Shown: one piece after another, positions 49,592 to 60,772 of the stretch
Layout of the letters: the number at the start of each line of letters is the position of its first letter
How positions within the stretch are numbered: the first letter of the stretch is position 1
Source of the DNA: an uncultured Candidatus Binatia bacterium
Lineage (GTDB): Bacteria > Desulfobacterota > Binatia > UBA9968 > JAJDTQ01
NCBI GenBank assembly: GCA_965204205.1
Contig: OZ241976.1
Span: 2,922,322 to 2,986,321 of the forward strand
Direction: 5' to 3'
Length of the DNA stretch: 64,000 nucleotides
Program-made: the position numbers and the translations under genes
Notes under the pieces: generated by a model
Database searches by the model: none
What the model saw: the letters and a program-made list of their open reading frames with translations, nothing else
What the model was told of the DNA's origin: nothing

Positions 49592-50356
49592 TCAATGCGC
49601 GGGGCGGCGTCCGGAGCCCGGCAGCCCCTTGGCCACCGCGTCCGGAGGGCGTATGTAATGAGGGCTCAGCGGTTCGCCCGCCGTCTCCGGCGCCGTGCGG
49701 TACTTCTCTTCGGCGATGCGGGCGACGGCGAAGGCAACGCTCGGCAAATCGGTTCCCGCGCTCACCCGAGCGCGGCCGCCGGCGCACCGTTCGATGACGT
49801 CGGCGTAAGCCTGCGCGCCGGCGCCGACGAAAACGCACGGGCCGTCCGCCTCTGCGTCCGCCCGCCGGACCATGGACTCCGGGGCCGCCAGGCAATCCTC
49901 GATCAGGCACTCGAACGCCGTCGCCGTGCGGCGGTAGAGGGCGCCGTAGACCTCGCCCTTGCGGGCGTCCAGCATCGGGCATACGAGGGTCGCACCGTCC
50001 ACCACCGGCACCCGATATGCGGCGGCTGCCAGGGTGCGCACCCCGACCACCGGCGTATCCGAACCGTAGACCAGGCCCTTGGCCGTGCTGATGCCGATCC
50101 TCAAGCCGGTGAAGGACCCGGGTCCAACAGCGACCCCCACCAGGGAGAGGCCCGAAAAGTCGGCGCCGGCGCGTTGAAGCACCTCGTCGATGAGCGGGAT
50201 CAATCCCTCGGCGTGGTTCGACCGGCCCGGCCGGCGGTCTCCCGCCTGCATCGACTCCCGGACGCATTCGGCCGCGAGCCTGCCGTCGTCCACGACCGCG
50301 GCGCTCAGCAACGCGGTCGACGTGTCGAGTCCGAGCACCCTCATTTGCCGGGTCAA
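49592..50356 (-). CDS. tsaB: tRNA threonylcarbamoyladenosine biosynthesis protein TsaB
   Basis: MRVLGLDTSTALLSAAVV N-terminus typical of YeaZ/TsaB. Start overlaps the rseP stop. Confidence 0.8.
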   Translation of the reverse strand: MTRQMRVLGLDTSTALLSAAVVDDGRLAAECVRESMQAGDRRPGRSNHAEGLIPLIDEVLQRAGADFSGLSLVGVAVGPGSFTGLRIGISTAKGLVYGSDTPVVGVRTLAAAAYRVPVVDGATLVCPMLDARKGEVYGALYRRTATAFECLIEDCLAAPESMVRRADAEADGPCVFVGAGAQAYADVIERCAGGRARVSAGTDLPSVAFAVARIAEEKYRTAPETAGEPLSPHYIRPPDAVAKGLPGSGRRPAH

Positions 50357-51429
50357 CTTCCGAAGATCCGCGCCAGATCGTTGTAGAACGCGTAGACCAT
50401 GACGAAGAGCAGCAACACCAGGCCCATCTGCTGCGCCCGCTCGCGCTGTCGCACGTCGAGAGGCTTCCCGCGCAGGGCTTCGATGAGGAAGAACAGCAGG
50501 TGTCCGCCGTCCAGCATCGGGATCGGCAGCAGGTTCAGGACGCCGAGATTGATGCTCAGCAGCGCCACCAGGAACAAGTAGTCGGCCAGTCCCCTTTGGG
50601 CCTGTTGTCCAGCCAGCTGGGCTATCATCAGGGGACCGCCGAGATTCGCCGAATCCACGCGTCCCACCACCATCTTGACCAGCACTTCCACAGTCAGGAG
50701 CGACATCTCCACCGTCCGGGAGACCGCCAGCCAGCCCGCCGTCAAGGGATTCCCCCTCTCCACCCCCACGGTTCCGGCGCTCTGAATACCGATCAGCCAG
50801 GTCTCCTCGGACTCGCCCAAAAGATTCCGCGTCTCTCCCCTGGCGGGGCTCAGCGTGACCACGAACTCCCGGTCGCCGCGGACGACGCCCAGATCCAGGG
50901 GGCGGCCCTGGCTCGCCCGGACCTCGCCGGACAGCTCATCCCAGGAACGGATGGGCCGGTCGCCCACCATGACGACCCGGTCTCCCACTTCGAGACCGGC
51001 GCCGGCGGCCGGTGAGCCGGGCTGTACGCCGCCGATCTCCGCGGTACGGTAGGGAATGCCGAAGACCAGGAAGACGCAGAGAAACACCGCCATGGCAAGC
51101 AGGAAATTCGCCACCGGCCCGGCCGCCACGATGGCCGTGCGGGTGGCCAGGCTCCGCTGCGCGAAGGACCGGTGGCTGTCCGTGGAGTCGACCTCCTCGC
51201 CGGGATCCTCGCCCACCATCTTGACGTAGCCTCCCAGCGGGAAGGCGCTGACGCAGTATTCCGTTTCGCCGCGGCGGCGGATCCATACCTTCGGGCCGAA
51301 GCCGATGGAAAAGGTCAAGACCCCCACGCCGGCCTTCTTGGCAACGAGGAAATGCCCCAACTCGTGGAGGAACACCAGCACGCCGAACGCGACGATCGCG
51401 GCGGCGATCATGTAGACGACGTCGATCAC
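50353..51429 (-). CDS. rseP: RIP zinc metalloprotease RseP (site-2 protease)
   Basis: HELGHFLVAK HExxH motif, PDZ domain, LDG motif in the C-terminal TM. Confidence 0.85.
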   Translation of the reverse strand: MIDVVYMIAAAIVAFGVLVFLHELGHFLVAKKAGVGVLTFSIGFGPKVWIRRRGETEYCVSAFPLGGYVKMVGEDPGEEVDSTDSHRSFAQRSLATRTAIVAAGPVANFLLAMAVFLCVFLVFGIPYRTAEIGGVQPGSPAAGAGLEVGDRVVMVGDRPIRSWDELSGEVRASQGRPLDLGVVRGDREFVVTLSPARGETRNLLGESEETWLIGIQSAGTVGVERGNPLTAGWLAVSRTVEMSLLTVEVLVKMVVGRVDSANLGGPLMIAQLAGQQAQRGLADYLFLVALLSINLGVLNLLPIPMLDGGHLLFFLIEALRGKPLDVRQRERAQQMGLVLLLFVMVYAFYNDLARIFGS

Positions 51430-52592
51430 CTTGCCGATCCGTTGTGCTGAACGAGCTCCCCGGCGAACGTCCGCGCCCAGCGGTCGACCTCGAGGACCTG
51501 CTTCAGGGTTCTCGGCTTGACGGCCGCGTGGGCGTCGATGGTCTTCCGGCTGATCTCATGGATGTCGCGGAAACCGATGCGGCCGTCGAGGAAGGCGGCC
51601 ACCGCCACCTCGTTGGCGGCATTGAGAACGGGCGGCACCGTCCCGCCCTGGTCGAGGGCGCCGTAGGCGATGTCCAGCGCCGGATAACGCCGGCCCTCCA
51701 CCTTCTGGAAGGTGAGCTCGCCCTCCTTGGGCAAATTCAGCGGCGCCAGCCCGGTGTCGAGCCGCTCGGGATAGGAGAGCGCGTAGGCGATGGGAATGCG
51801 CATGTCGGGTACGCCGAGCTGCGCCATGACCGCGCCGTCGCGATAACGCACCATGGAGTGGACGATGCTCTGGGGATGAATCATCACCTCCACTCTCTCG
51901 GAGGGCACGCCGAACAGCCACCGGGCCTCGATCACCTCCAGGCCCTTGTTCATCATGGTGGCCGAATCGATGGTGATTTTCGGCCCCATTTTCCAGGTGG
52001 GGTGCCGTAGCGCCTGGTGGATGGTCACGCGGCGAAGCTCCCGGAGCGGGGTCCGCAGGAACGGCCCGCCGGACGCCGTCAGGATGATCTTGTCGACGTC
52101 CCCGGCGCGGTTCCCCTCGAGGCATTGGAACACCGCGCTGTGCTCGCTGTCCACCGGCAGGAGTTGCACCCTCCGTTTCCTGGCCTCGCGCACGAAGAGC
52201 TCGCCGGACATGACCAGGGCTTCCTTGTTGGCGAGCCCCACGTCCTTGCCCGCCTGCACCGCGGCGAAGGTCGGCACGAGTCCCGCGCCGCCGACGATGG
52301 CCGCCAGCACGAAGTCCGCCGTGGGCTCGGTGGCCGTGGCCACCGCTCCTTCCTCGCCGTGGACGAGCTCGACCCTGCGGCGGCCGATGAGCTTGCGCAG
52401 GGCATCGACGTCTTCCCGGTCCTTGACGCTGACGATACGCGGAGCGAACTCGACGATCTGGCGCGCCAGGAGTTCCAGGTTGCGCCCGGCCACCAGCCCG
52501 CTGACCTTGAAACGCCGCCTGAAGGTCCGGATGACGTCCAGGGCATTGACCCCGATGGTTCCGGTGGATCCGAGAATGACGATGGTTTTCAT
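51426..52592 (-). CDS. dxr: 1-deoxy-D-xylulose 5-phosphate reductoisomerase
   Basis: ILGSTGSIG-type N-terminus (ILGSTGTIG), 388 aa. Confidence 0.9.
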   Translation of the reverse strand: MKTIVILGSTGTIGVNALDVIRTFRRRFKVSGLVAGRNLELLARQIVEFAPRIVSVKDREDVDALRKLIGRRRVELVHGEEGAVATATEPTADFVLAAIVGGAGLVPTFAAVQAGKDVGLANKEALVMSGELFVREARKRRVQLLPVDSEHSAVFQCLEGNRAGDVDKIILTASGGPFLRTPLRELRRVTIHQALRHPTWKMGPKITIDSATMMNKGLEVIEARWLFGVPSERVEVMIHPQSIVHSMVRYRDGAVMAQLGVPDMRIPIAYALSYPERLDTGLAPLNLPKEGELTFQKVEGRRYPALDIAYGALDQGGTVPPVLNAANEVAVAAFLDGRIGFRDIHEISRKTIDAHAAVKPRTLKQVLEVDRWARTFAGELVQHNGSAR

Positions 52593-53365
52593 GATGACAA
52601 GAACGGCAGGCAGTAGGTGCTCAGCACGCCCGGAAAGATAAGGCTGTCAAGCCGGTCCATCAGGCCGCCGTGGCCGGGAAGGATACCGCCCGAGTCCTTG
52701 GCCGCGAAGCCCCGCTTGATCAACGATTCGAACAGGTCGCCAACTTGAGCGAAAAGGACGATGGCCAAGGAAAACCCCAACACCCGGCCCAGCGGCAAGC
52801 CCAGCAGCCACCAGCCCGACAGCGTTCCTGCCGCCACGCCCGCCACGGTGGCCGCCACCGCCCCTTCGACGGTCTTCCCCGGGCTGACTGAAGGATACAA
52901 CTTTCTTCGGCCCACGGCCACACCGGCAAAGTAGCCGGCGCTGTCGGCCGAGAAGACGACCAACAGCAACCACAGCACCCACGGGTACCCGCTGCGGTAG
53001 AGCAGCGCGAAATGCGGGAACAGGTAGCCCAGGTAGACGGCGCCCACCAACGCCAGGCCGAGACGCCGATAGCGTTCCTCGGCGGCGCCGCCGGCAAAGA
53101 CGAACACCATGAACAAGCCCGCCACGATGAGCGGGGGGTAGCCCGACAGTTCCGGCACCACGAGCGTCAGGGACAGCAGCATGCCGGCCGCGATGCCGGT
53201 CGCACGCGCCCCGCCATGGTCCGGAAAGGCCATGCGGAAGTATTCGTGCAGCGCGACGAGGGCAACGATCTCGATGAACGCCGAGAACAGCCAGACGCTG
53301 TCCACGACGATGATCCCGACGACGAGGGGGATCCCGACCAGCGCGGTCAGTACCCGGGTGCGCAT
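52589..53365 (-). CDS. cdsA: phosphatidate cytidylyltransferase
   Basis: CTP-transferase signature (GDLFESLIKRGFAAKDSGGILPGHGGLMDRLDS). Start MRTRVLTALVGIPL (rc cat 53363-53365). The ORF-track N-terminal extension was rejected. Confidence 0.8.
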   Translation of the reverse strand: MRTRVLTALVGIPLVVGIIVVDSVWLFSAFIEIVALVALHEYFRMAFPDHGGARATGIAAGMLLSLTLVVPELSGYPPLIVAGLFMVFVFAGGAAEERYRRLGLALVGAVYLGYLFPHFALLYRSGYPWVLWLLLVVFSADSAGYFAGVAVGRRKLYPSVSPGKTVEGAVAATVAGVAAGTLSGWWLLGLPLGRVLGFSLAIVLFAQVGDLFESLIKRGFAAKDSGGILPGHGGLMDRLDSLIFPGVLSTYCLPFLSS

Positions 53366-53379
53366 CTGGAGACCTGCCC

Positions 53380-54120
53380 TCAACCCTGCAACTGCTCGTC
53401 CGTTTTGCCGAACCGGCGCTTCCGCCGCTGAAACTCCAGCAGCGCCTTGACGTACTGCTGCTCGGAGAAGTCCGGCCACAGCGTGGGCGTGATGTACAAC
53501 TCGGTATAAGGTATCTGCCAAAGGAAGAAGTTGCTGATGCGCATCTCCCCGCTGGTGCGGATCAACAGGTCGGGATCCGGAATCGGTCCGGTCTCGGTGC
53601 TGGCGGCGATCATGGACTCGTCGATGTCGGCGAGCTTGCACTGCCCGGCTTTCACCTTCCGGGCGATGTCCCGGACGGTCTTGACGATGTCGGCGCGGCC
53701 GCTGTAGCTGAGCGCCAGAATCACCGTAAGGGCGGTGTTGTTGCGGGTAAGGCGGATGCTTCGGTCGAGAACGCGGCGTACGGAAGCCGGCAGGCGTTTG
53801 CGGTCTCCGATGGCCGTCAGGCGAACCCCTTCGCGCATCATGCGCTCCTGCTCGACCTCCAGGTAGTTCTCCAGAAGGCCCATCAGCCCCTCGACCTCGT
53901 CGTGCGGCCGATTCCAGTTCTCGGACGAGAACGCGTAGAGCGACAGGTAGCGAATCCCGAGGTTGCGGCTCAACTCCACCGTGGCCCGGACCGACGCCGT
54001 GCCTTCGCGGTGACCCTCGATGCGACTCTTGCCCCGAAGCCTGGCCCAGCGTCCGTTGCCGTCCATGATGATCGCGACATGGGTGGGCAACCGACTCTTT
54101 TCTAGCCCGTAGGACTCCAT
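53380..54120 (-). CDS. uppS: isoprenyl transferase (undecaprenyl diphosphate synthase)
   Basis: HVAIIMDGNGRWA and ERMMREGVRLT motifs. Confidence 0.9.
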   Translation of the reverse strand: MESYGLEKSRLPTHVAIIMDGNGRWARLRGKSRIEGHREGTASVRATVELSRNLGIRYLSLYAFSSENWNRPHDEVEGLMGLLENYLEVEQERMMREGVRLTAIGDRKRLPASVRRVLDRSIRLTRNNTALTVILALSYSGRADIVKTVRDIARKVKAGQCKLADIDESMIAASTETGPIPDPDLLIRTSGEMRISNFFLWQIPYTELYITPTLWPDFSEQQYVKALLEFQRRKRRFGKTDEQLQG

Positions 54121-54145
54121 TCCGGAAAGATTGAAAGGCAGGCCA

Positions 54146-54703
54146 CTAAACCTCCATGATCTCCTCTTCCTTGGCCTTGAGGAAGCCGTCCACCTTGGCG
54201 ACGAAATCGGCGGTAATCTTCTGGACGCGATCCTGCCCCTGTTTCACGTCGTCCTCGGTGATCTCCCTGCCCTTCTGCATCTCCTTCAATTCGTCGATGG
54301 CGGCGCGCCGGTGGTTCCGCACCGAGACACGGTATTCTTCCGCGGTCTTGCGTACCTGTTTCACCAGCTCCTTGCGGCGCTCGCCGCTGAGCTCCGGTAT
54401 CGGCACTCGGATCAATTTGCCGTCGTTCGAAGGGGTGAGGCCAAGGTCGGCCTTCAGGATCGATTTCTCGACGTTGGCGATGGCGCTTGGATCGTACGCC
54501 TGAATCGTCACCAGCCGGGGCTCCGGGACGGCGATGGTGGCGATCTGGTTAAGCGGTGTCGGGGTGCCGTAGTATTCGACCGTCACCCCGTCGAACAGGG
54601 AGGCCGAAGCCCGGCCGGTACGTACGCGTCCCAGTTCCCGGCGCATGGCCGCCAGGGTTTTCTGCAACTCTTCCTCGAAATCGCTGTAGAAGACGTCGTC
54701 CAT
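54146..54703 (-). CDS. frr: ribosome recycling factor
   Basis: 185 aa, typical RRF sequence. Confidence 0.9.
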   Translation of the reverse strand: MDDVFYSDFEEELQKTLAAMRRELGRVRTGRASASLFDGVTVEYYGTPTPLNQIATIAVPEPRLVTIQAYDPSAIANVEKSILKADLGLTPSNDGKLIRVPIPELSGERRKELVKQVRKTAEEYRVSVRNHRRAAIDELKEMQKGREITEDDVKQGQDRVQKITADFVAKVDGFLKAKEEEIMEV

Positions 54704-54723
54704 CTCTCACCTATGGGCCAGTG

Positions 54724-55455
54724 TCATCGGTCGCCGATGCCCACCAGGGTACCGATGGGCTGACCGCTCACCACCTTGCGTATGTTGCCCCGCTCCATGA
54801 CGTTGAATACGATGATGGGGAGCTTGTTGTCCATGCAAAGCGAAATGGCCGTGGCGTCCATCACCTTGAGCTCCCTGCTCAGCACCTCCATATGGGTCAG
54901 CTCCCGGAAGAGCTTGGCGCCGTGGTTCTTCAGCGGGTCCGTGTCGTAGACGCCGCGAACCTTGGTGGCCTTCAGGATGACCTCGGCGCCCACTTCCATG
55001 GCCCGCAGGCTGGCCGTGGTGTCGGTGGTGAAGTAGGGGTTGCCGGTTCCGCCCGCGAAGATGACCACGCGGCCCTTCTCCAGGTGCCGCACCGCTCGCC
55101 GGCGTATGTAAAGCTCGGCCACCTGGCGCATCTCGATGGCCGACATGACCCGGGTCGATACGCCGATCTTTTCGAGTGCGTCCTGGAGGGCGATGCTGTT
55201 GATGACCGTGGCCAGCATGCCCATGTAGTCGGCGCTGGCCCGATCGATGCCGTGGTCGCTGGCCTCGGCGCCACGCAGGATGTTACCGCCGCCGATGACC
55301 AGGGCGATCTCACAGCCGAGCTCGTGGACCTCGCGGATCTCTTCCACGAAGCGCGCGACGGTGGCCGGATCGATGCCGTACTGGCGCTCTCCCGCGAGGA
55401 CCTCCCCTGTGATCTTCAGAATGACTCGCTTGTATCTGAGCTCCACGGCGGTCAT
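54724..55455 (-). CDS. pyrH: UMP kinase
   Basis: Start [18 protein letters not shown] (rc cat 55453-55455). Amino-acid kinase fold. Confidence 0.9.
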   Translation of the reverse strand: MTAVELRYKRVILKITGEVLAGERQYGIDPATVARFVEEIREVHELGCEIALVIGGGNILRGAEASDHGIDRASADYMGMLATVINSIALQDALEKIGVSTRVMSAIEMRQVAELYIRRRAVRHLEKGRVVIFAGGTGNPYFTTDTTASLRAMEVGAEVILKATKVRGVYDTDPLKNHGAKLFRELTHMEVLSRELKVMDATAISLCMDNKLPIIVFNVMERGNIRKVVSGQPIGTLVGIGDR

Positions 55456-55466
55456 TCGGTGGGATC

Positions 55467-56072
55467 CTACTCCTTCATCCCCTCGCCGACGGTGTAACGA
55501 ACGAAGCGCCTGACCCGGATGTTCTCGCCCAGACGGGCGACGGCGTCCTGTATCAAGTCGCCGACGCGGCGGGTGGGCTCCTTGATGAAGGCCTGCTCCA
55601 TGAGGCAAGCCTCCTCGAAGAAACGTTCCACCTTGCCGTCGACGATCTTGGCGACCACGGGCTCGGGCTTGTTCAGCTCCGCGGCCTGTTGCCGGTAGAT
55701 CGCCTTCTCCCGCCCCAGCTCTTCTTCGTCGACCTCCTCGCGCCGCACGTAACGCGGGCTGGCGGCCGCGATCTGCATGGAAAGGTCCTTGACCAGAGCC
55801 TGGAATTCTTCGGTGCGGGCGACGAAGTCGGTCTCGCAGTTGACCTCCAGGAGCACGCCGATCTTGTTGCCGCCGTGGATATAAGCGCCCACCAGGCCTT
55901 CGCTGGCCTCACGCTCCGCCTTGCGCGCGGCGAGCGCGAGACCCTTGGCCCTGAGGTGATCCACGGACTTCTCGAAATCACCCTCGCACTCCACGAGGGC
56001 CTTCTTGCAGTCCATGAACCCCGCGCCCGTCTTGTCCCGCAACTGTTTGACTAGATTCGCATCGATGGCCAT
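55467..56072 (-). CDS. tsf: translation elongation factor Ts
   Basis: UBA-like N-terminus ([20 protein letters not shown]), 201 aa. Confidence 0.9.
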   Translation of the reverse strand: MAIDANLVKQLRDKTGAGFMDCKKALVECEGDFEKSVDHLRAKGLALAARKAEREASEGLVGAYIHGGNKIGVLLEVNCETDFVARTEEFQALVKDLSMQIAAASPRYVRREEVDEEELGREKAIYRQQAAELNKPEPVVAKIVDGKVERFFEEACLMEQAFIKEPTRRVGDLIQDAVARLGENIRVRRFVRYTVGEGMKE

Positions 56073-56078
56073 GCCAAC

Positions 56079-57065
56079 TCAACTCCCCGCCACGGTCGGC
56101 GCGTCCGTGGATTTCTCTGTTTCGGATTCTTCCTCACCGGACTCCGGCGCCTTGGCCGGTTCCGCCGTCGCGGCCGGTTCCGCTGCTGCTTCCGCTGCCG
56201 GCGCGGGCGCCGGTTCCGTTGCCTCTACCGGTTCCGGCGCGCCCTCGGCCGCCGATTCCGCTTCGGTCCCCGTGTCCGGCTCGGTGGCCGCCTCCGCCGC
56301 TTCCGAACCTTCCTCGGCCGGCTCTCCTTCCGAAACCGCCTCGGCCTGCGCGGCTTCAGCCTCCATCTTCACCTGGTCGCACAACGCCTTGCCTTCGTTG
56401 ACCGCTTCGGCCATGAGGCTGCAGAAAAGCCGGATGGCGCGAATCGCGTCGTCGTTGCCCGGGATCTTGTAGTCCACAAGGTCCGGGTCGCAATCGGTGT
56501 CGATGATGGCGATCACCTTGATGCCGAGCTTGCGCGCCTCGCGCACCGCGATGGCTTCCTGCCCGGGATCGATGATGAATACGGCGTCGGGCAGCTTCTT
56601 GATGTCCTTGATTCCCCCGAGGGCGCGCTCGAGCTTGGCCCGCTCGCGGCTGTGGGAAAGCATTTCCTTCTTGGTCAGCGCCTCGACGATCTTCGGGTCG
56701 TTGGCCATCTCCTCGAGCTTCTTGAGGCGGTCGATGCTCTGACGAACGGTCTGGAAGTTGGTCAGCGTGCCTCCCAGCCAACGATGATGGACATAGGACA
56801 TACCGCAGCGTTCCGCCTCTTCGCGGACCGAATCCTGCGCCTGCTTCTTGGTGCCCACGAACAGAACGTGGCCCCCGCCCATGATCAGATCCCGCACATG
56901 GGCGCAGACATCCTTTACCATCCTCACGGTCTGCTGCAGGTCGATGATGTGAATCCCGTTGCGCGCCCCGAAGATGTAGGGCTTCATCTTGGGATTCCAG
57001 CGACTGGTCTGGTGTCCGAAGTGGACCCCGGCCTCCAGAAGCTGCTTCATGGATACGTCCGTCAT
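56079..57065 (-). CDS. rpsB: 30S ribosomal protein S2 with about 90-aa acidic Ala/Glu/Pro-rich C-terminal tail
   Basis: Conserved S2 core through about residue 235, then a low-complexity tail ([30 protein letters not shown]...). Confidence 0.9.
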   Translation of the reverse strand: MTDVSMKQLLEAGVHFGHQTSRWNPKMKPYIFGARNGIHIIDLQQTVRMVKDVCAHVRDLIMGGGHVLFVGTKKQAQDSVREEAERCGMSYVHHRWLGGTLTNFQTVRQSIDRLKKLEEMANDPKIVEALTKKEMLSHSRERAKLERALGGIKDIKKLPDAVFIIDPGQEAIAVREARKLGIKVIAIIDTDCDPDLVDYKIPGNDDAIRAIRLFCSLMAEAVNEGKALCDQVKMEAEAAQAEAVSEGEPAEEGSEAAEAATEPDTGTEAESAAEGAPEPVEATEPAPAPAAEAAAEPAATAEPAKAPESGEEESETEKSTDAPTVAGS

Positions 57066-57223
57066 AACGCCAGAACCTCGAATTTTACGTAGTTCGCCAT
57101 CCTCTTGTCCTGTCTTACATACCTAGGGGTTCTTGCTCGTTGTGCGCTACCGGGAATGGAAGAAAGCAAGGGTGGGCTATTAGCAAAATTGGCACCGCCA
57201 CGCAAGGGAACTCCGACGGCTCC

Positions 57224-58588
57224 CTATGTGTTCATGGACTCCAGGAATTCCTTGTTGTTCTTGGTGCCGTGTAGCTTGTCGAGAAGGAACTCCATGGCCT
57301 CGACGACGCTGAGCTGCGACAGCACCTTGCGGAGGATCCAGATGCGGTTCAGATCCTCCTTGGGGATCAGCAACTCTTCCTTGCGGGTGCCCGACTTGTT
57401 GATGTCCACGGCGGGGAACACGCGTTTGTCCATCAGCCGACGATCCAGGTTGATCTCCATGTTGCCGGTTCCCTTGAATTCCTCGAAGATCACCTCGTCC
57501 ATGCGGCTCCCGGTGTCGATCAGCGCCGTGGCGATGATCGTGAGGCTGCCGCCGTCCTCGATGTTCCGCGCCGCGCCGAAGAATTTCTTGGGCTTGTGCA
57601 GCGCGTTGGAATCGACACCGCCGGACAGGATCTTGCCGCTCGGCGGCACCACCGTGTTGTAGGCCCGAGCCAGCCGGGTGATGCTGTCGAGCAGGATGAT
57701 GACGTCCTTGCCGTGCTCCACCAGCCGCTTGGCCTTCTCGATCACCATCTCGGCCACCTGGACGTGGCGGGTCGCGGGCTCGTCGAAGGTGGAGCTGACC
57801 ACCTCGCCGATTACCGAACGCTGCATGTCGGTGACCTCTTCCGGCCGCTCGTCGATGAGCAGGACAATCAGGACCGCGTCCGGGTGATTGTCGGCAATGG
57901 CCTTGGCGATGTTCTGCAACATCATGGTCTTGCCCGTCCGCGGCGCCGCCACCACCAGCCCCCGTTGCCCCATGCCGATGGGCGTCAACAGGTCGATGAA
58001 CCGCGTGGTGTATTCGTCCGCCTGGTGCTCCAGGCTGATTCGTTTGTCGGGATAGAGCGGGGTCAGGTTGTCGAAGAGGATCTTGTCCCGGACCTTGTCG
58101 GGGTCGCCGTTGTTGATGGTTTCGACCTTGAGGAGCGCGAAATACCGCTCGCCGTCCTTGGGGGGTCGGATCTGACCGGAAATGATGTCTCCGGTGCGCA
58201 ACCCGAAACGCCTGATCTGGCTGGGAGACACGTAGATGTCATCCGGGCCCGGCAAGTAATTGTAGTCCGGCGCCCTCAGAAAGCCGAAGCCGTCGGGCAG
58301 GGTCTCCAGCACGCCCTCTCCGTACACGTAGCCGTTTTTCTCGGTCTGCGCTTGCAGGATGGCGAATATCAGATCCTGCCGCCGCATGTTCGCCGCGCTC
58401 TCGATGCTGAAACCCTTGCCGATATTGGCCAATTCGGCGATCTTCTTGGCCTTGAGGGAGCTCAGGTTCAAGCCGTTCTGGTGCACGGGCTCGGCGGCCG
58501 CCGAAGCCGCCCGGCTCCTGCGATGGTTCGGAGCGGTCTCGCCCTTGGTCTCGCCTTCTCCCGCGGAGCGCGTTCGTACATTAGCCAT
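57224..58588 (-). CDS. rho: transcription termination factor Rho
   Basis: ATG at 58586-58588 with AAGGAAG RBS. N-terminal basic/disordered insertion, then OB fold and RecA-type ATPase (Walker A AAPRTGKT). Confidence 0.9.
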   Translation of the reverse strand: MANVRTRSAGEGETKGETAPNHRRSRAASAAAEPVHQNGLNLSSLKAKKIAELANIGKGFSIESAANMRRQDLIFAILQAQTEKNGYVYGEGVLETLPDGFGFLRAPDYNYLPGPDDIYVSPSQIRRFGLRTGDIISGQIRPPKDGERYFALLKVETINNGDPDKVRDKILFDNLTPLYPDKRISLEHQADEYTTRFIDLLTPIGMGQRGLVVAAPRTGKTMMLQNIAKAIADNHPDAVLIVLLIDERPEEVTDMQRSVIGEVVSSTFDEPATRHVQVAEMVIEKAKRLVEHGKDVIILLDSITRLARAYNTVVPPSGKILSGGVDSNALHKPKKFFGAARNIEDGGSLTIIATALIDTGSRMDEVIFEEFKGTGNMEINLDRRLMDKRVFPAVDINKSGTRKEELLIPKEDLNRIWILRKVLSQLSVVEAMEFLLDKLHGTKNNKEFLESMNT

Positions 58589-58728
58589 AAAACTTCCTTT
58601 CAATCACGCCGTCGGCCTGTCGAACTGGACAAGAAGCGACTGCGAAGCAGGAACCCGGATCGGTTGGTAGCAATGATTGATAAAACGGATTGGATCGAAA
58701 CGATTGGGTTACGGCACGTGGCCGGAAT

Positions 58729-59697
58729 CTAGATACTAGGTGATGCCGGCACCTTTGTCAAGCACGCCGCCGGGTTGTCGGCCACGTCACGCCTCAACAC
58801 CCGGCGGGCATGTACGATATCCTCCCCGATCTGCCGCACGAGTCCTTCCACCGACGGGAATTTCCGTTCCTCCCGAAGCCGTTCCACGAAGGATACCTGC
58901 AGCCGGCGACCGTAAAGGTCCTCGTCGAAGTCCAGTATGTAGGTCTCGATGGTTCTCGGGCCCGACCCGAAGGTGGGGTTCACGCCGACGCTGGTGACAC
59001 TGTGCAACCCGCGCCCGTCCAGTTGAACCCACGTCGCATAGATTCCGTTGGCCGGCACCACCTCGGTCCTGCTGTGTATGTTCGCCGTGGGAAAGCCGAG
59101 CTCGCGGCCCCGTCGATGACCCTCGACGACGGACCCCGAAACGAAATGGCAACGTCCGAGCTGCTGCCGCGCGGTATCCACCCTGCCCTCTTCCAGCAAC
59201 GCACGGATTCGGCTGCTGCTGACGGCGTGGTCCGCGTCCGCCACGACTTCGATGACCTCGACTTCCATTCCGGCGGCGGGTCCCCAGGCCATGAGGTCCT
59301 TGACCGTGCCAGCCCTGTCCTTGCCGAACCGGAAGTCTTCTCCCACCCATAGCCGCTCCACGCCCAGCGCGGCCAAGTACCGTGCGACGAAGTCACGCGG
59401 CGACAGCGCACAGAAGCTCGGCGTGAAGCGCTGTATCACGACACAGTCGACGCCGGCGCGGTCCAGGAGCGCCAGCTTGTCCTTGCGCGCGAGGATCAGG
59501 CGCGGCGCGAACTTCGGCGCGAGAATCTTCAGCGGATGGGGCTCGAAGGTCAGGACCACCGCGGATCCTTCACGCGACCGCGCATCTTCGATTACGCGGC
59601 GCAAGAGGTCCTGGTGCCCCAGATGCACGCCGTCGAAGTTTCCGATGGTCATGACGGAACGAACGAGAGGGCGCTTGAAGTGCCGCAGAATCTGCAT
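58729..59697 (-). CDS. ribF: bifunctional riboflavin kinase / FMN adenylyltransferase
   Basis: N-terminal nucleotidyltransferase motif GNFDGVHLGH and C-terminal flavokinase domain. Confidence 0.9.
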   Translation of the reverse strand: MQILRHFKRPLVRSVMTIGNFDGVHLGHQDLLRRVIEDARSREGSAVVLTFEPHPLKILAPKFAPRLILARKDKLALLDRAGVDCVVIQRFTPSFCALSPRDFVARYLAALGVERLWVGEDFRFGKDRAGTVKDLMAWGPAAGMEVEVIEVVADADHAVSSSRIRALLEEGRVDTARQQLGRCHFVSGSVVEGHRRGRELGFPTANIHSRTEVVPANGIYATWVQLDGRGLHSVTSVGVNPTFGSGPRTIETYILDFDEDLYGRRLQVSFVERLREERKFPSVEGLVRQIGEDIVHARRVLRRDVADNPAACLTKVPASPSI

Positions 59698-59786
59698 CGT
59701 GTTCTTGGAGGTGCCCGTGCGAGCTTGATCGGAGCGGGGCTCGAAACCCGTCCTTCACTCTCGCGCAAGAATTCACGTGGTCCGGA

Positions 59787-60680
59787 TCAGGTGTCCAGGG
59801 ATCGAATCTTGTCTCGCGCCTTTTCGGCTTCTTTGGATTGAGGGAACCGATTGATGACTTCCTGGAGAAAGAGGCGTGCATCGACACGGTCGTCCAGCTC
59901 GGCAAACGAGTAGCCTATCTTGAGCCAAGCCGCGGGGACCTTGTCGCTCTTGGGATAGTCCTTGAGTACCAGGCCGAATTCCACGATGGCCTGGTCGAAG
60001 TCCTTGAGCGCATAATAGCTTTCACCGATCCAGTACCGCGCATTGTCGGCCAGGCTGCTGCCCGGATGCGTTTCCAGGAACTTCTTGAACTGTTCGATGG
60101 CGCCGCCATAGTCGATGGCGCCGCGATCGTCCTTCTTGCGCAACCACTTCCACGCGTCTTCGTAGTCGCGCTGGGCCGTCGCCCCCGGGCCTTTGGGCGC
60201 TGTCGGCCTGGCGACGGCGGTTTGAGTGCCCGGTGTCGCCGGATCCTCGGTCGCGGTATCCGGTTGCGCCTCTCCGGTCTTCAGAACGGCGTCCCGCAGG
60301 AGCCGTAACTCATCCTCGCGCACCTTCAGCAAATCCCGCTGGCTCTGAACCTCCGTCTCGAGAGCCGCCAGCCTGCGCTGGAGCTGTTGCATGTTGCCGG
60401 TGCCGACGCCTGCACCCCCTCCGGTTCGTATCTCCTCCACCGCTCCCTCCGCCGCGTTCAAGCGGCCCCGCATGGCGTCGACCTCCGCGCGGGTATCCGC
60501 CAACTGCTTGCGGGTCTTGTCGAGCTCCGCCTTCAAGTCGTTCAGGACGGCCCACTCGCGCTCCGTCAACGGTGCCCGATCGTAGGGCACCGGCGCCGCA
60601 CGATATTCCACGGTGCAGCCCCAAGCTGAAACCAGCATGATGACGGCCAACACGGCCCGACCAATGATCGGCATCGACAT
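59787..60680 (-). CDS. cpoB: Tol-Pal system periplasmic TPR protein CpoB (YbgF)
   Basis: Signal peptide, coiled-coil region, and C-terminal TPR repeats (ARYWIGESYYALKDFDQAIVEF...). Confidence 0.75.
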   Translation of the reverse strand: MSMPIIGRAVLAVIMLVSAWGCTVEYRAAPVPYDRAPLTEREWAVLNDLKAELDKTRKQLADTRAEVDAMRGRLNAAEGAVEEIRTGGGAGVGTGNMQQLQRRLAALETEVQSQRDLLKVREDELRLLRDAVLKTGEAQPDTATEDPATPGTQTAVARPTAPKGPGATAQRDYEDAWKWLRKKDDRGAIDYGGAIEQFKKFLETHPGSSLADNARYWIGESYYALKDFDQAIVEFGLVLKDYPKSDKVPAAWLKIGYSFAELDDRVDARLFLQEVINRFPQSKEAEKARDKIRSLDT

Positions 60681-60772
60681 TCAGCCCTCCCGCGAACGGG
60701 GAACCGGCGAGCAAGTACGGCTAGCAGCCTGACGGTACAGGCCGGGTAGCCTGTCCGAGCGAGCAGAACTCT

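Noticed and set aside
52589-53641. Long N-terminal extensions suggested by the ORF track for cdsA. Similar extensions exist for pyrH, leuB, leuD, ubiD, both tctC genes, the racemase and tolB
   Set aside because: The extensions are Arg/Pro-rich, lack homology, and overlap upstream genes. Internal ATG codons with RBS-like purine tracts give the canonical conserved N-termini and were used instead.
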